Of a stretch of DNA of 64,000 nucleotides, positions 47,008 to 56,956 are shown one piece after another. Position numbers and translations under genes: made by a program. The notes below the pieces were generated by a model. The model was not told the origin of the DNA and searched no databases. It saw nothing but the letters and a program-made list of their open reading frames with translations. Origin of the DNA: a virus; IMG/VR virus record IMGVR_UViG_3300024255_000004; one strand, written 5' to 3'. Position 1 is the first letter of the stretch. Every line of letters begins with the position of its first letter.

Positions 47008-47281
47008 AGTAAAATGTATAAGACTAGATACTGGAGAAGTTCTAATTGGATTCGTTGAGAGAACTATATTAGGAAATTACAAAATCATAGATGCACAAAT
47101 TTGTTTAACAAATACAGAAGACGGAAAGTATGAAGTTAATCTTGCACCATGGATTCCTTTTGCAAAAGAATACACGTTCATATTAAACAGTGATTTAGTT
47201 CAAACAGTTTTTGAACCAAGACCACAACTTGAAACCAACTTTAAAGTTGCAACAGGTAATAAAGTAAGGGGTAATAAATAA
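47000..47281 (+). CDS. Conserved hypothetical protein (Sm-like)
   Basis: IRLDTGEVLIG and LAPWIPFA. Confidence 0.7.
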   Translation: MSKVKCIRLDTGEVLIGFVERTILGNYKIIDAQICLTNTEDGKYEVNLAPWIPFAKEYTFILNSDLVQTVFEPRPQLETNFKVATGNKVRGNK

Positions 47282-47514
47282 TGGGAAGAGAAACACTATT
47301 AAAAGCACTAATGAGTCAGTATCAAGGTGAAATGGATATTGCAATGGCAAACATTGAAGTATACAAAAACAACCCAGCTGGTATTGGTGAACACCCCGAC
47401 ATTGCACAAGCACTCGATACTCAAATTGAGAAACTTGCAAATGCAAAAGAAAAATATGATGTCACTTACGACATTTTACACGGAAAAAGTAATCTTACTA
47501 CCTTGACAGAATAG
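47281..47514 (+). CDS. Conserved hypothetical protein
   Basis: ANIEVY.NNPAGIGEHPDI motif. Confidence 0.75.
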   Translation: MGRETLLKALMSQYQGEMDIAMANIEVYKNNPAGIGEHPDIAQALDTQIEKLANAKEKYDVTYDILHGKSNLTTLTE

Positions 47515-47532
47515 ACCCCCTTGTAGTATAAT
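47503..47532 (+). promoter_or_regulatory. Sigma70-like promoter for gp43
   Basis: TTGACA-18 nt-TATAAT, 6 nt before ATG 47539. Confidence 0.75.
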
Positions 47533-47538
47533 AACTAC

Positions 47539-50055
47539 ATGGATTTCTATACTAACGTTTGCAGAACACGTGACAAAATACTTGTCAAAGGATATAAGAA
47601 CGGAAAACAACAAAAACTATCCGTATCTTATAGACCCAATCATTATATCCCTTCTAAGAAGGGAGACACACCATTCAAATCATTAGACGGAAGGTCACTA
47701 GAAGTAGTGAACCTAAACTCTATGGGTGGTGCAAGAAAATTTCGAGAGAATTATGCTGGAACTCATGGATTTGAAATCCATGGATATGACCGATATATCT
47801 ATACATATATTGCAGATAAATTTCAAGGTGAGATAAACTGGAATCTAAATCAGATTAAGATTGCAACACTTGATATTGAGTGTGAGTGTGAAGACGGATT
47901 CCCCGAACCAACCCTTGCAACTGAAAAGGTCAATGCAATTTCAATGAAACCACTTGGTAAAGATACACATGTTTTTGGTATCGGGCCTTGGGAACACAAC
48001 AGAACAGATGTAATCTATTACAATTGTTTAAATGAGGTTGACCTTTTAACCCAGTTCGTTAAATACTGGAGACAAGAGTGGTTCGATATTATCACAGGTT
48101 GGAATGTAAACTCTTTTGATATCACCTATCTCTGTAATCGTATTGATAGAATACTAGGAGAGGGAGAACATAAGAAACTCTCACCATGGGGTCAATGTGA
48201 TGTCAGAGAGTTCATGTCTACTTATGGTCAGAAACAAATGATATTCAATCTATATGGTATCAATGTTCTTGACTACCTTGAGATATATCGTAAACATACA
48301 TTCGTAAATCAAGAATCCTACAAACTAGAAAACATTGCACAAGTAGAACTTGGAACTGGTAAACTAGATTACTCAGAGTATGGAAATCTACATACACTTT
48401 ACAAACAAGACTATCCAAAGTTCTTGGAATACAATGTCAAAGACGTTGTCCTTGTTGAAGAACTAGAGGACAAACTAGGACTATTGGAACTAACACTTGC
48501 AATGTCCTATAATGCAAAGTGTAATTATAATGACACATTCGGAATGGTGAAGTATTGGGAAACCATAATCTACAATCACCTCAAAGACCAAAACATACAA
48601 ACCCCACCCCAAAGATTAAGGAGTGGTAATGATAAGACACACCAAATTGTTGGTGCATATGTCAAAGACCCAATAGTCGGTGGACATGATTGGGTAGTGT
48701 CATTTGACTTGAACTCACTGTATCCACATATCATTATGCAATACAATATCTCACCCGAGAAAATGATAAAAGGAAACAGACAGGACTTAACCATTGATAG
48801 AATGTTAAACAAAGAATGTGACTTATCATATGTTCACCAACAGGGTCATGCAGTGTGTCCAAATGGTGTAATGTATTCTAAAAACAAACAAGGATTTCTT
48901 CCCGAACTTATGGAAAAACTCTATGACGAGAGAAAGGAGTGGAAGAAGAAAATGATTAAGTATCAACAAGAACGAGAAGTCTGTAAAGAAACCAAACGTA
49001 AGAAAGAACTTGATACACTTATCAAACGTGCATACAACAATCAACAGGTTCGTAAGATTGCACTTAACTCTGCATATGGAGCTCTTGCAAATCAATACTT
49101 TGCATTCTTTTCTATTGACCTTGCAGAGTCAATCACAACCAGTGGTCAGTTAATTATTAAGTGGTCAGAGAAAACTATCAATGAGTTCCTAAACAAAACA
49201 CTTGGAACAGATAACGAAGACTATGTGATTGCAATGGACACTGATTCAGTTTATATCACTATGGATAAACTGGTCAAGAAAGTCTTACCCGAAGAAACAG
49301 ACAAGACCAAGATTGTGGATTTCCTAAACAAGTCAGAAGGTATGATTGAACAAGTTCTTGCACGTGGTTTTGACGACCTTGCAGAATATACTAATGCATT
49401 CCAACAGAAAATGCAAATGGGTCGTGAAGTAATTGCAGATAGAGGTATTTGGACTGCAAAGAAACGATACATTCTAAATGTCCATGACAACGAAGGTGTC
49501 CGACTTGCAGAACCCAAACTTAAAATGATGGGTATTGAGACTGCAAAGTCCTCTACACCACAATGGGTCAGAACTAAACTAACAGAAGCCTTAAAGGTAG
49601 TAATGAATGGAACTGAACAGGACTTATGGGAGTTCGTAGAGACTGCACGAAAAGAATTTAGAAACCTTCCACCCGAGGAAGTTGCATTTCCTAGAGGTGT
49701 CAAAAACCTTGTGACGTATTCAGACCCGACTCATATCTATGGGAAAGGAACACCGATTCATGTCAGAGGTTCACTCTTACACAATCACTTACTGAAATCT
49801 AAAAATCTTGACTTAAGATATGAAATGATTAAGAACTCAGATAAGATTCGTTTCTCATATCTTACAACACCAAATCCAATCAATGAGAATGTAATATCAT
49901 TCTCAAGTTCTCTACCAAGAGAGTTGGACTTACATAGATTTATTGACTATGATATGCAGTTTGATAAAGCATTTAATGAACCACTAAAGAATATTGTGAA
50001 CTTAATTAACTGGAATGTAGAACCAGTTGCAAGCTTAGATTCTTTTTTCGGATAA
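47539..50055 (+). CDS. gp43: DNA polymerase gp43 (family B)
   Basis: Exonuclease DIE and GWNVNSFD; polymerase SFDLNSLYPHI, KIALNSAYG and DTDS. Confidence 0.98.
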   Translation: MDFYTNVCRTRDKILVKGYKNGKQQKLSVSYRPNHYIPSKKGDTPFKSLDGRSLEVVNLNSMGGARKFRENYAGTHGFEIHGYDRYIYTYIADKFQGEINWNLNQIKIATLDIECECEDGFPEPTLATEKVNAISMKPLGKDTHVFGIGPWEHNRTDVIYYNCLNEVDLLTQFVKYWRQEWFDIITGWNVNSFDITYLCNRIDRILGEGEHKKLSPWGQCDVREFMSTYGQKQMIFNLYGINVLDYLEIYRKHTFVNQESYKLENIAQVELGTGKLDYSEYGNLHTLYKQDYPKFLEYNVKDVVLVEELEDKLGLLELTLAMSYNAKCNYNDTFGMVKYWETIIYNHLKDQNIQTPPQRLRSGNDKTHQIVGAYVKDPIVGGHDWVVSFDLNSLYPHIIMQYNISPEKMIKGNRQDLTIDRMLNKECDLSYVHQQGHAVCPNGVMYSKNKQGFLPELMEKLYDERKEWKKKMIKYQQEREVCKETKRKKELDTLIKRAYNNQQVRKIALNSAYGALANQYFAFFSIDLAESITTSGQLIIKWSEKTINEFLNKTLGTDNEDYVIAMDTDSVYITMDKLVKKVLPEETDKTKIVDFLNKSEGMIEQVLARGFDDLAEYTNAFQQKMQMGREVIADRGIWTAKKRYILNVHDNEGVRLAEPKLKMMGIETAKSSTPQWVRTKLTEALKVVMNGTEQDLWEFVETARKEFRNLPPEEVAFPRGVKNLVTYSDPTHIYGKGTPIHVRGSLLHNHLLKSKNLDLRYEMIKNSDKIRFSYLTTPNPINENVISFSSSLPRELDLHRFIDYDMQFDKAFNEPLKNIVNLINWNVEPVASLDSFFG

Positions 50056-50064
50056 ATAATTAAT

Positions 50065-50487
50065 ATGGCATATAGTAATAAAGTAGTAGAGAGATTCGAA
50101 GACGTTTTAAATAACCCTAAGAAACATGGTGTTGGTAGATTCGACCCCAATGACCCTAATGTTGCAACAGGACTAACGGGTGCTCCAGCATGTGGAGACG
50201 TTATGAAATTGGATATAAAAATAAATCCCGATACTGATGTTATTGAAGATGTTAAGTTTAAAACATATGGTTGTGGAAGTGCAATTGCAAGTTCGTCTCT
50301 TTTCGTAGACATGTTAACGGGAAAGACTATTGAAGAAGCAAGTCAGATAAAAGACAAAGAGATTGCAGAAGCCTTAGAACTTCCCCCAATAAAATTGCAC
50401 TGCAGTGTTCTTGCAGAAGACTCTATTAGAAAAGCAATTCAAGATTGGTCAGAAAAAACCGCACATAGGAAACATAATTATGTATGA
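50065..50487 (+). CDS. iscU: Fe-S cluster scaffold IscU
   Basis: GAPACGDVM, FKTYGCGSAIASS and LPPIKLHCSVLAE. Confidence 0.95.
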   Translation: MAYSNKVVERFEDVLNNPKKHGVGRFDPNDPNVATGLTGAPACGDVMKLDIKINPDTDVIEDVKFKTYGCGSAIASSSLFVDMLTGKTIEEASQIKDKEIAEALELPPIKLHCSVLAEDSIRKAIQDWSEKTAHRKHNYV

Positions 50488-50941
50488 GTATAAAGTTAAA
50501 GTAGTCAAAGTTGTAGATGGAGACACTATTGATGTGGATATCGATTTAGGTTTCGGTATGGTCTATAAAAAACAAAGAGTCCGAATGGTTGGAATCGATA
50601 CGCCAGAATCTAGAACTAGAGACAAAGTAGAAAAACTATTTGGTAAAGCTTCTAAAAAACACTTAAAGAAATTACTAGAAGAATGTGAAACTGTATCACT
50701 TGTATCACATGACAAAGGTAAGTTCGGAAGAATCTTAGGAACACTATATGCACATCATGTAGAAGGACACCCTGTATTCGGACACAAAGTAGATATCAAT
50801 ACTCAAATGATTAAAGATTGTCATGCAGTAGTTTATAGTGGAGAGAATAAAGACTTGGTTGAACAACAACATTTAGATAACAGAAAATTTGTTATGGACA
50901 ATGGATATGTGACCCAAGAGGATATAGATAAGGTATCATGA
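50480..50941 (+). CDS. Thermonuclease (SNase) family protein
   Basis: VVDGDTID, RMVGIDTPES and KGKFGRILG. Confidence 0.9.
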   Translation: MYEYKVKVVKVVDGDTIDVDIDLGFGMVYKKQRVRMVGIDTPESRTRDKVEKLFGKASKKHLKKLLEECETVSLVSHDKGKFGRILGTLYAHHVEGHPVFGHKVDINTQMIKDCHAVVYSGENKDLVEQQHLDNRKFVMDNGYVTQEDIDKVS

Positions 50942-51102
50942 TTATAACAATGATGGACTGTTTCTATATCCTTATGATAGCCGTAATCTTTGGATTCATT
51001 ATACACTTAGAATCTAAAGTTAATCAACTTGTTTCTATGATGGAAGAACACATCAAAGTTGACGAAAGACTTTGTGAGATTTCACAAAAATTAGATAACT
51101 AA
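50938..51102 (+). CDS. Small membrane protein, 54 aa (not in the ORF track)
   Basis: ATGA overlap; MIITMMDCFYILMIAVIFGFIIHLESKV... Confidence 0.55.
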   Translation: MIITMMDCFYILMIAVIFGFIIHLESKVNQLVSMMEEHIKVDERLCEISQKLDN

Positions 51103-51168
51103 TAAAAACCCCCTTTACAATTTTACCTTTCTTCTGTATAATAGAGTGATACATTATGGAGAAGTGTT

Positions 51169-52221
51169 ATGTCATTTATTAAAGATTTAGTCAAATCAAC
51201 TGGAAACGAATATGCAAATATAGTTTCAGATGGTGTGGCTGCTGGAGACGTAGATACATTCGTAGATACGGGTAGTTATGTCTTCAATTCACTTTTGAGT
51301 GGTTCACTATATGGTGGACTTCCCTCAAACAAAATCACTGCAATCGCAGGTGAATCTGCAACAGGAAAAACTTACTTTGCCTTGGGTATGGTAAAACAAT
51401 TCCTTGAAGACCACCCCGATTCTGCAGTAATATATTTCGAATCTGAATCTGCAATCAGTAAAACAATGATTGAAGATAGAGGAATCGATTCAAAAAGAAT
51501 GGTTATCGTGCCTGTGGTCACTGTTCAAGAATTCAGAAAACAGGCAATATCCATACTTGATAAGTATCTTGAAACACCCAAGGATAAGAGACCACCTATG
51601 ATGATGTGTCTTGACTCACTTGGTATGTTATCAACTACTAAAGAAATCGAGGACACTGCCGAGGGTAAAGAAACCCGAGACATGACTCGTGCTCAAGTTG
51701 TTAAAGGTGCATTCAGAGTTCTAACACTTAAGTTAGGACGTGCTGGTGTTCCAATGATAGTCACGAACCACACATATGATGTGATTGGTTCTATGTTCCC
51801 TCAAAAAGAAATGGGTGGTGGAAGTGGTCTCAAATATGCAGCCTCTTCAATCATTTATCTTTCTAAAAAGAAAGAGAAAGAAGGAACGGAAGTCGTTGGT
51901 AATATCATTCATTGTAAGAATGCAAAATCTAGATTGACTGTAGAAAATAGAATAGTTGACGTAAGACTATCTTATGACAGTGGACTGGATAGATACTATG
52001 GTCTTTTAGACCTTGCACTTGCAAGTGGAATCTTTGAGAAGAGTTCCACACGTATCAAACTACCAAATGGTAAAACAGAATTTGGTAAAACAATTAACAA
52101 CAACCCCGAGAAATACTTTACACCTGATGTAATGGAAAGACTCGAAACAGTAGTAGAAGGATACTTTAAATATGGAAACACGCATAGAACAGACGATACT
52201 GAAGAATCTGATTCGGAGTGA
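51169..52221 (+). CDS. uvsX: Recombinase UvsX
   Basis: [14 protein letters not shown] and [12 protein letters not shown]. Confidence 0.96.
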   Translation: MSFIKDLVKSTGNEYANIVSDGVAAGDVDTFVDTGSYVFNSLLSGSLYGGLPSNKITAIAGESATGKTYFALGMVKQFLEDHPDSAVIYFESESAISKTMIEDRGIDSKRMVIVPVVTVQEFRKQAISILDKYLETPKDKRPPMMMCLDSLGMLSTTKEIEDTAEGKETRDMTRAQVVKGAFRVLTLKLGRAGVPMIVTNHTYDVIGSMFPQKEMGGGSGLKYAASSIIYLSKKKEKEGTEVVGNIIHCKNAKSRLTVENRIVDVRLSYDSGLDRYYGLLDLALASGIFEKSSTRIKLPNGKTEFGKTINNNPEKYFTPDVMERLETVVEGYFKYGNTHRTDDTEESDSE

Positions 52222-53569
52222 AGAGTTTGCACGAAAGTGCGTCCCATTCATTAAGTCAGAGTATTTTGCCGATACTGAAGAAAGAACTGTATTCAATGAA
52301 ATACACGAATACTTTCAGAAGTATACTAAATCACCAACTGTAGAAGCACTTCTCATAAACCTTGAAAACAATACTTCTCTTAACGAGAATATTGCAAAGG
52401 GTTCAAAAACTATAGTTGATAAGATTGGTAAAGATAAGGAGACCACACCAAGTGAGTGGTTAGTGGAAGAAACGGAGAAATGGTGTAAGGATAGAGCAAT
52501 CTATATTGCAGTCATGGATTCGATTGAAGTCATTGACAAGAAATCACAGAGGTCTACTGGTGAAATACCCGAACTATTGAAGGACGCACTTTCCGTGTCT
52601 TTTGACACAAACATTGGACATGACGTGTTAGAAGATGCAGATGCAAGATTTGAATTCTATCATACGGAAGAAGAGAAGATTCCGTTTGACTTAGAATACT
52701 TCAACAAGATTACCAAAGGTGGATTACCTAATAAAACACTTAACATTGTTCTTGCTGGAACTGGTGTTGGTAAATCATTGTTTATGTGTCACCAAGCAGC
52801 TTCATGTCTTATGATGAACAAGAATGTTTTATACATTACTATGGAAATGTCAGAAGAAAGGATTGCAGAGAGAATCGATGCAAACACTATGAATGTTCCT
52901 ATGAAAGATTTACCCGATTTATCTAAGAAAATGTTTGATAAGAAAGTTGAGAAACTAAAAAACAAAACTAAAGGTAAACTCATAGTAAAAGAATACCCTA
53001 CTGCAACTGCACACGTTGGACACTTCAGACACCTATTACAAGAATTGGATATCAAGAAAGACTTCCAACCCGATATTATATTTGTCGATTATCTAAACAT
53101 ATGTGCTTCACATAGAGTGAGGCCAGGTGCTGGTGCAAACTCTTATACACTTGTAAAGAGTATTGCAGAAGAACTTAGAGGACTTGCAGTGGAATTTAAC
53201 GTTCCATTAGTAAGTGCAACCCAAACAACCCGAAGTGGTTATGGTTCCACTGATATTGGACTCGAAGACACTTCGGAAAGTTTTGGTCTACCTGCGACTG
53301 CAGACTTAATGTTTGCACTGATTACCAGTGACGAACTAGAAGAACTAGACCAACTCGTAGTGAAACAGTTGAAGAATCGATATAATGACCCCACAATCTT
53401 TAAAAGGTTTGTAATCGGTATTGATAGAAGTAGAATGAAACTCTATGATTGTGAACAAGAAGCACAAGAAGAACTATTTGAGAATGATTCTACCTACAAT
53501 GATGATGTTCCTGTATTTGATAGAGGAAGGAATGATGGACAGAAGAGAGATTTTAACGACTTCAAATAA
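52172..53569 (+). CDS. gp41: Replicative helicase gp41
   Basis: [25 protein letters not shown] and KQLKNRY. Confidence 0.96.
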   Translation: METRIEQTILKNLIRSEEFARKCVPFIKSEYFADTEERTVFNEIHEYFQKYTKSPTVEALLINLENNTSLNENIAKGSKTIVDKIGKDKETTPSEWLVEETEKWCKDRAIYIAVMDSIEVIDKKSQRSTGEIPELLKDALSVSFDTNIGHDVLEDADARFEFYHTEEEKIPFDLEYFNKITKGGLPNKTLNIVLAGTGVGKSLFMCHQAASCLMMNKNVLYITMEMSEERIAERIDANTMNVPMKDLPDLSKKMFDKKVEKLKNKTKGKLIVKEYPTATAHVGHFRHLLQELDIKKDFQPDIIFVDYLNICASHRVRPGAGANSYTLVKSIAEELRGLAVEFNVPLVSATQTTRSGYGSTDIGLEDTSESFGLPATADLMFALITSDELEELDQLVVKQLKNRYNDPTIFKRFVIGIDRSRMKLYDCEQEAQEELFENDSTYNDDVPVFDRGRNDGQKRDFNDFK

Positions 53570-53616
53570 AAACCCCCTTTACAGACCACCTAAATAATGT
53601 TATACTAGATGGTTCT

Positions 53617-53793
53617 ATGAAGAAAGTGATAAAAAGTTCAGAGGTTATATCAAAGATAACCGAAAAAATTGAACTCAAGAAACAATTGAGAGATGCACGT
53701 GTGTCTAAAGATTCTAAAGAAATTGATAAAATAAACAAAAAAATATCAAGAATAGAATCAAAATTGTCTTCCTCACCACTTGCAAAATCCTAA
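53617..53793 (+). CDS. Small basic coiled-coil protein, 58 aa (not in the ORF track)
   Basis: Follows the promoter TTTACA..TATACT; MKKVIKSSEVISKITEKIELKKQLR... Confidence 0.55.
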   Translation: MKKVIKSSEVISKITEKIELKKQLRDARVSKDSKEIDKINKKISRIESKLSSSPLAKS

Positions 53794-53838
53794 ATAATAA
53801 CATAGATTACATACACTATAGTAAATCACGGAGAATTT

Positions 53839-54276
53839 ATGTCAAGAGAAACAGCAAGAGCCGACTTAGTATCTAAAATTGCAGGCTTAACTAATCAGAA
53901 GAATTGGTTAAAGGGTGTAAGTCAAGAATATCAAGTCACTAATCAACCTAACGGAACAGACCATACTGCACGTGGTAGTAAATCTGCATGGACAGGTGCT
54001 GGACTTGTTGGTTGGTTATCTGCATGGAAAACTGCAAACTCTTCAATAACTGCAACTGCAGATTGGAATCCAGCAGACTTTGACGGAAGTAATTGGACAC
54101 ATGACGATTGGCAACAATACTATTTCCAAGAACATGCAAAAGGTATATCAAATAAAACAGATTCAGATAAAGCTATTACAGATATAGATGCTTCTTTAAC
54201 TGCATATCAATCAGACTTAGACGATATCGACGCAGGAATAGCTGCTGGTGATATTGACCAAGTTGACCCAAGTTAG
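53839..54276 (+). CDS. Hypothetical protein (possibly virion-associated)
   Basis: SD GGAG; Trp/Ala/Asp-rich; upstream CTAAATA. Confidence 0.65.
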   Translation: MSRETARADLVSKIAGLTNQKNWLKGVSQEYQVTNQPNGTDHTARGSKSAWTGAGLVGWLSAWKTANSSITATADWNPADFDGSNWTHDDWQQYYFQEHAKGISNKTDSDKAITDIDASLTAYQSDLDDIDAGIAAGDIDQVDPS

Positions 54277-54336
54277 TAAACAAAAAAATACCATAAATAG
54301 TAGTAATACCACCAAGAATGTGGTATAATTACTATT

Positions 54337-55539
54337 ATGGGTGCAAAAAATCTACATTTAGAACACTTAGAAGACGAGATTATCAATCAAGGGATTGATG
54401 GTGGTCGTGGTGCTATAAACTTTTTACAGGGTCTTAGAGACATGTTAAAAGGAAACTCTAATTCAAGTGTTAATATGACTGTTAAGTGGGACGGAGCTCC
54501 TGCTATTTTCTGTGGTCAACACCCCGAAACTAATCAATTCTTTGTTGCAAAGAAATCTCTATTCAATAAAGAACCTAAGTTTTACACTTCAGAACATGAA
54601 ATTAAAAATGCAGACGAACTAAGTGGTGCATTAAAAGAAAAGTTCTTAACTTCATTTCAATGTTTATCTAAACTATCTTGGAATACAATCATGCAAGGTG
54701 ATTTAATGTATACCAATGATAAGAAAATGCAAAAGATTGACGGAAAATCATTCGTCACATTCCAACCAAATACAATCATGTATGCAGTAGATATTAATTC
54801 AGATTTAGGTAAAGAGATTGCAAACTCTAAAATGGGTATTGTGTTTCATACCACATACACTGGTTCTACAATAGAAGACTTGGGTGCAAGTTTTGGTGCA
54901 AACATATCTAAACTAGGAAACAGTAAAGATGTTTGGATTGACGATGCAACATATAAAGATGTCAGTGGTAAAGGTTCAATGACTGCAAAAGAAACACTTA
55001 CACTTACACAAGAACTATCCAAAACAGGTAAAGCCTTCCACGGAATCAAAAAGAAAGATTTAGATAAGTTCCAAAAAATACAGGAAGAGATTGGAAAGAA
55101 AGGTGCTGGTGCATCTTACAAAACATATTGTAATACACTTATCAGAGGTGGTAGTTTCAATCCAACATACAAAGGATATATGGAACACTTCGAAAGCTAC
55201 TGGAGAGATAAGGTGGTTGCAAAGGTCAAAATGGAAAAGACCAAACAAATCAAACAAGAGATTGGTGAACAACTTTATAACGAACTCAGAAGTTTAAAGA
55301 ACATGATAACTAATCTAACTTCCTTTATGGGACACCTAGTAGTTGCAAAACAACTTATCATAAATGCACTAAATAGAGTAAAGAGTATAGGAACTTTCAA
55401 AAAGACTGCAAATGGTTTTGAGGTAGTAAACCCCGAAGGATACGTTGCAATCGATAAAACAGGAAGTGCAGTTAAACTTGTAGACAGAATGGAGTTTGCA
55501 TTCAATAACTTCACTGCACAAAAATCATGGGACAAGTAA
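54337..55539 (+). CDS. Conserved T4-like protein (DUF6267-like) with ligase-type nucleotidyltransferase motifs
   Basis: HLEHLED, TVKWDG (motif I), QGDL, PEGYV (motif IV) and VKLVDR (motif V). Confidence 0.7.
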   Translation: MGAKNLHLEHLEDEIINQGIDGGRGAINFLQGLRDMLKGNSNSSVNMTVKWDGAPAIFCGQHPETNQFFVAKKSLFNKEPKFYTSEHEIKNADELSGALKEKFLTSFQCLSKLSWNTIMQGDLMYTNDKKMQKIDGKSFVTFQPNTIMYAVDINSDLGKEIANSKMGIVFHTTYTGSTIEDLGASFGANISKLGNSKDVWIDDATYKDVSGKGSMTAKETLTLTQELSKTGKAFHGIKKKDLDKFQKIQEEIGKKGAGASYKTYCNTLIRGGSFNPTYKGYMEHFESYWRDKVVAKVKMEKTKQIKQEIGEQLYNELRSLKNMITNLTSFMGHLVVAKQLIINALNRVKSIGTFKKTANGFEVVNPEGYVAIDKTGSAVKLVDRMEFAFNNFTAQKSWDK

Positions 55540-56948
55540 TGAAATCATTCAATGCATTTCTAACAGAAGCTAAAGATAAGGGTGTAGTGTTTACTTTTGG
55601 TAGATTCAATCCACCTACAACAGGTCATGGAAAGTTAGTAGACAAACTTAAAAAACAATCGGGTGGTGATGACGTTCTGTTATTCACTTCACATTCAAAT
55701 GACAAGGTTAAAAATCCACTATCACACCGAGACAAGATATCGTATCTAAGAAAATTCTTTGGGAAGATTGTTGCAGACGTAAATGCAAGAACAGTATTTG
55801 AGATTGCAACAGAATTACATAAGAAGAAATATAAAAGAGTCTCAATGGTTGTTGGGTCAGACAGAGTAAAAGAGTTTGAAACACTACTAAACAAATACAA
55901 TGGTGTTAAAGCACGTCATGGATTCTATAAGTTCGAAGAGATTAATATTGTATCTGCTGGAGAGAGAGACCCTGATGCAGATGATGTCAGTGGAATGTCT
56001 GCAAGTAAACTCAGAGGATATGCAGAACAAGGAGACTTTGACAATTTCAAATTAGGTGTTCCAACAAAGAATAAAGGATTAGTTCAGAAACTTTATAACG
56101 ATATCCGTAAAGGAATGGGTATTGCAGAAGGAACACTACCACACTACATGGTAGAAGATTTGATACAAGAAGGAGTCTATGACCCAGGCACTTTCAAAGC
56201 AGTTTTCCTAAGTGGTGGGCCAGGCAGTGGTAAATCTGCAGTTGTAAAGAAATTAGGTTTGACTGCACTTGGTTTAAAAATGGTCAACACTGATAAAGCA
56301 TTTGAGAACGGACTAAAGAAAGCAGGAATGTCACTTGACCTTAGAGGTGCAGACTTTGATAAAGTAGACCCTATCCGTGCAAAAGCAAAAAGTATTACAG
56401 GTAAAAACTTAGATGCATATATCGATGGAAGACTAGGTCTTATCTTTGACACTACAAGTGCAAAGTCGGGTAAGATTAAGAACTACAAAAAAATGTTAGA
56501 CACATTAGGATATGAATACAAAATGATATTTGTTAATGCAAGTCTAGACAATGCACAAAAAAGAAATGACTTAAGGTCTAGAAAACTACCACCCAAAATT
56601 GTAAAAGGTGACTGGGACGCTGCACAAAAGAATGCAACGGAATATAAATCAATTTTTGGTAGAGACTTTGTAGAGATTAAGAATGATGATGACATTGCAA
56701 GTCTTGATAAAAAGGCAAATTCACTATACAGTAAACTACTAGGTTGGTCTACTTCATTCCCTAAAAACAAAATTGCAATGAAATGGAAATCTTACGAACT
56801 GATGAAGAAGACTCTTGGGTATTCATCTATGAGAAGTAAAGATGCGGTGAAAAAACCACCAACAGATAAACCAAGTCCGTTTGGGTCAAATTTAAAAACA
56901 TTCAAAAGTAGAAGGACTGGTAAGAAGACAGTAATCGGAAAGATATAA
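55539..56948 (+). CDS. HxGH cytidylyltransferase-like domain fused to a P-loop kinase
   Basis: Leader MKSFNAFLTE; FGRFNPPTTGH, VVGSDR and MSASKLR; then GGPGSGKS, IFDTT and RN..RSR. Confidence 0.85.
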   Translation: MKSFNAFLTEAKDKGVVFTFGRFNPPTTGHGKLVDKLKKQSGGDDVLLFTSHSNDKVKNPLSHRDKISYLRKFFGKIVADVNARTVFEIATELHKKKYKRVSMVVGSDRVKEFETLLNKYNGVKARHGFYKFEEINIVSAGERDPDADDVSGMSASKLRGYAEQGDFDNFKLGVPTKNKGLVQKLYNDIRKGMGIAEGTLPHYMVEDLIQEGVYDPGTFKAVFLSGGPGSGKSAVVKKLGLTALGLKMVNTDKAFENGLKKAGMSLDLRGADFDKVDPIRAKAKSITGKNLDAYIDGRLGLIFDTTSAKSGKIKNYKKMLDTLGYEYKMIFVNASLDNAQKRNDLRSRKLPPKIVKGDWDAAQKNATEYKSIFGRDFVEIKNDDDIASLDKKANSLYSKLLGWSTSFPKNKIAMKWKSYELMKKTLGYSSMRSKDAVKKPPTDKPSPFGSNLKTFKSRRTGKKTVIGKI

Positions 56949-56956
56949 ATAGTATT

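Noticed and set aside
7629-53569. Introns, inteins or a split polymerase in gp17, gp43, gp41 or uvsX
   Set aside because: All are continuous and of normal length.
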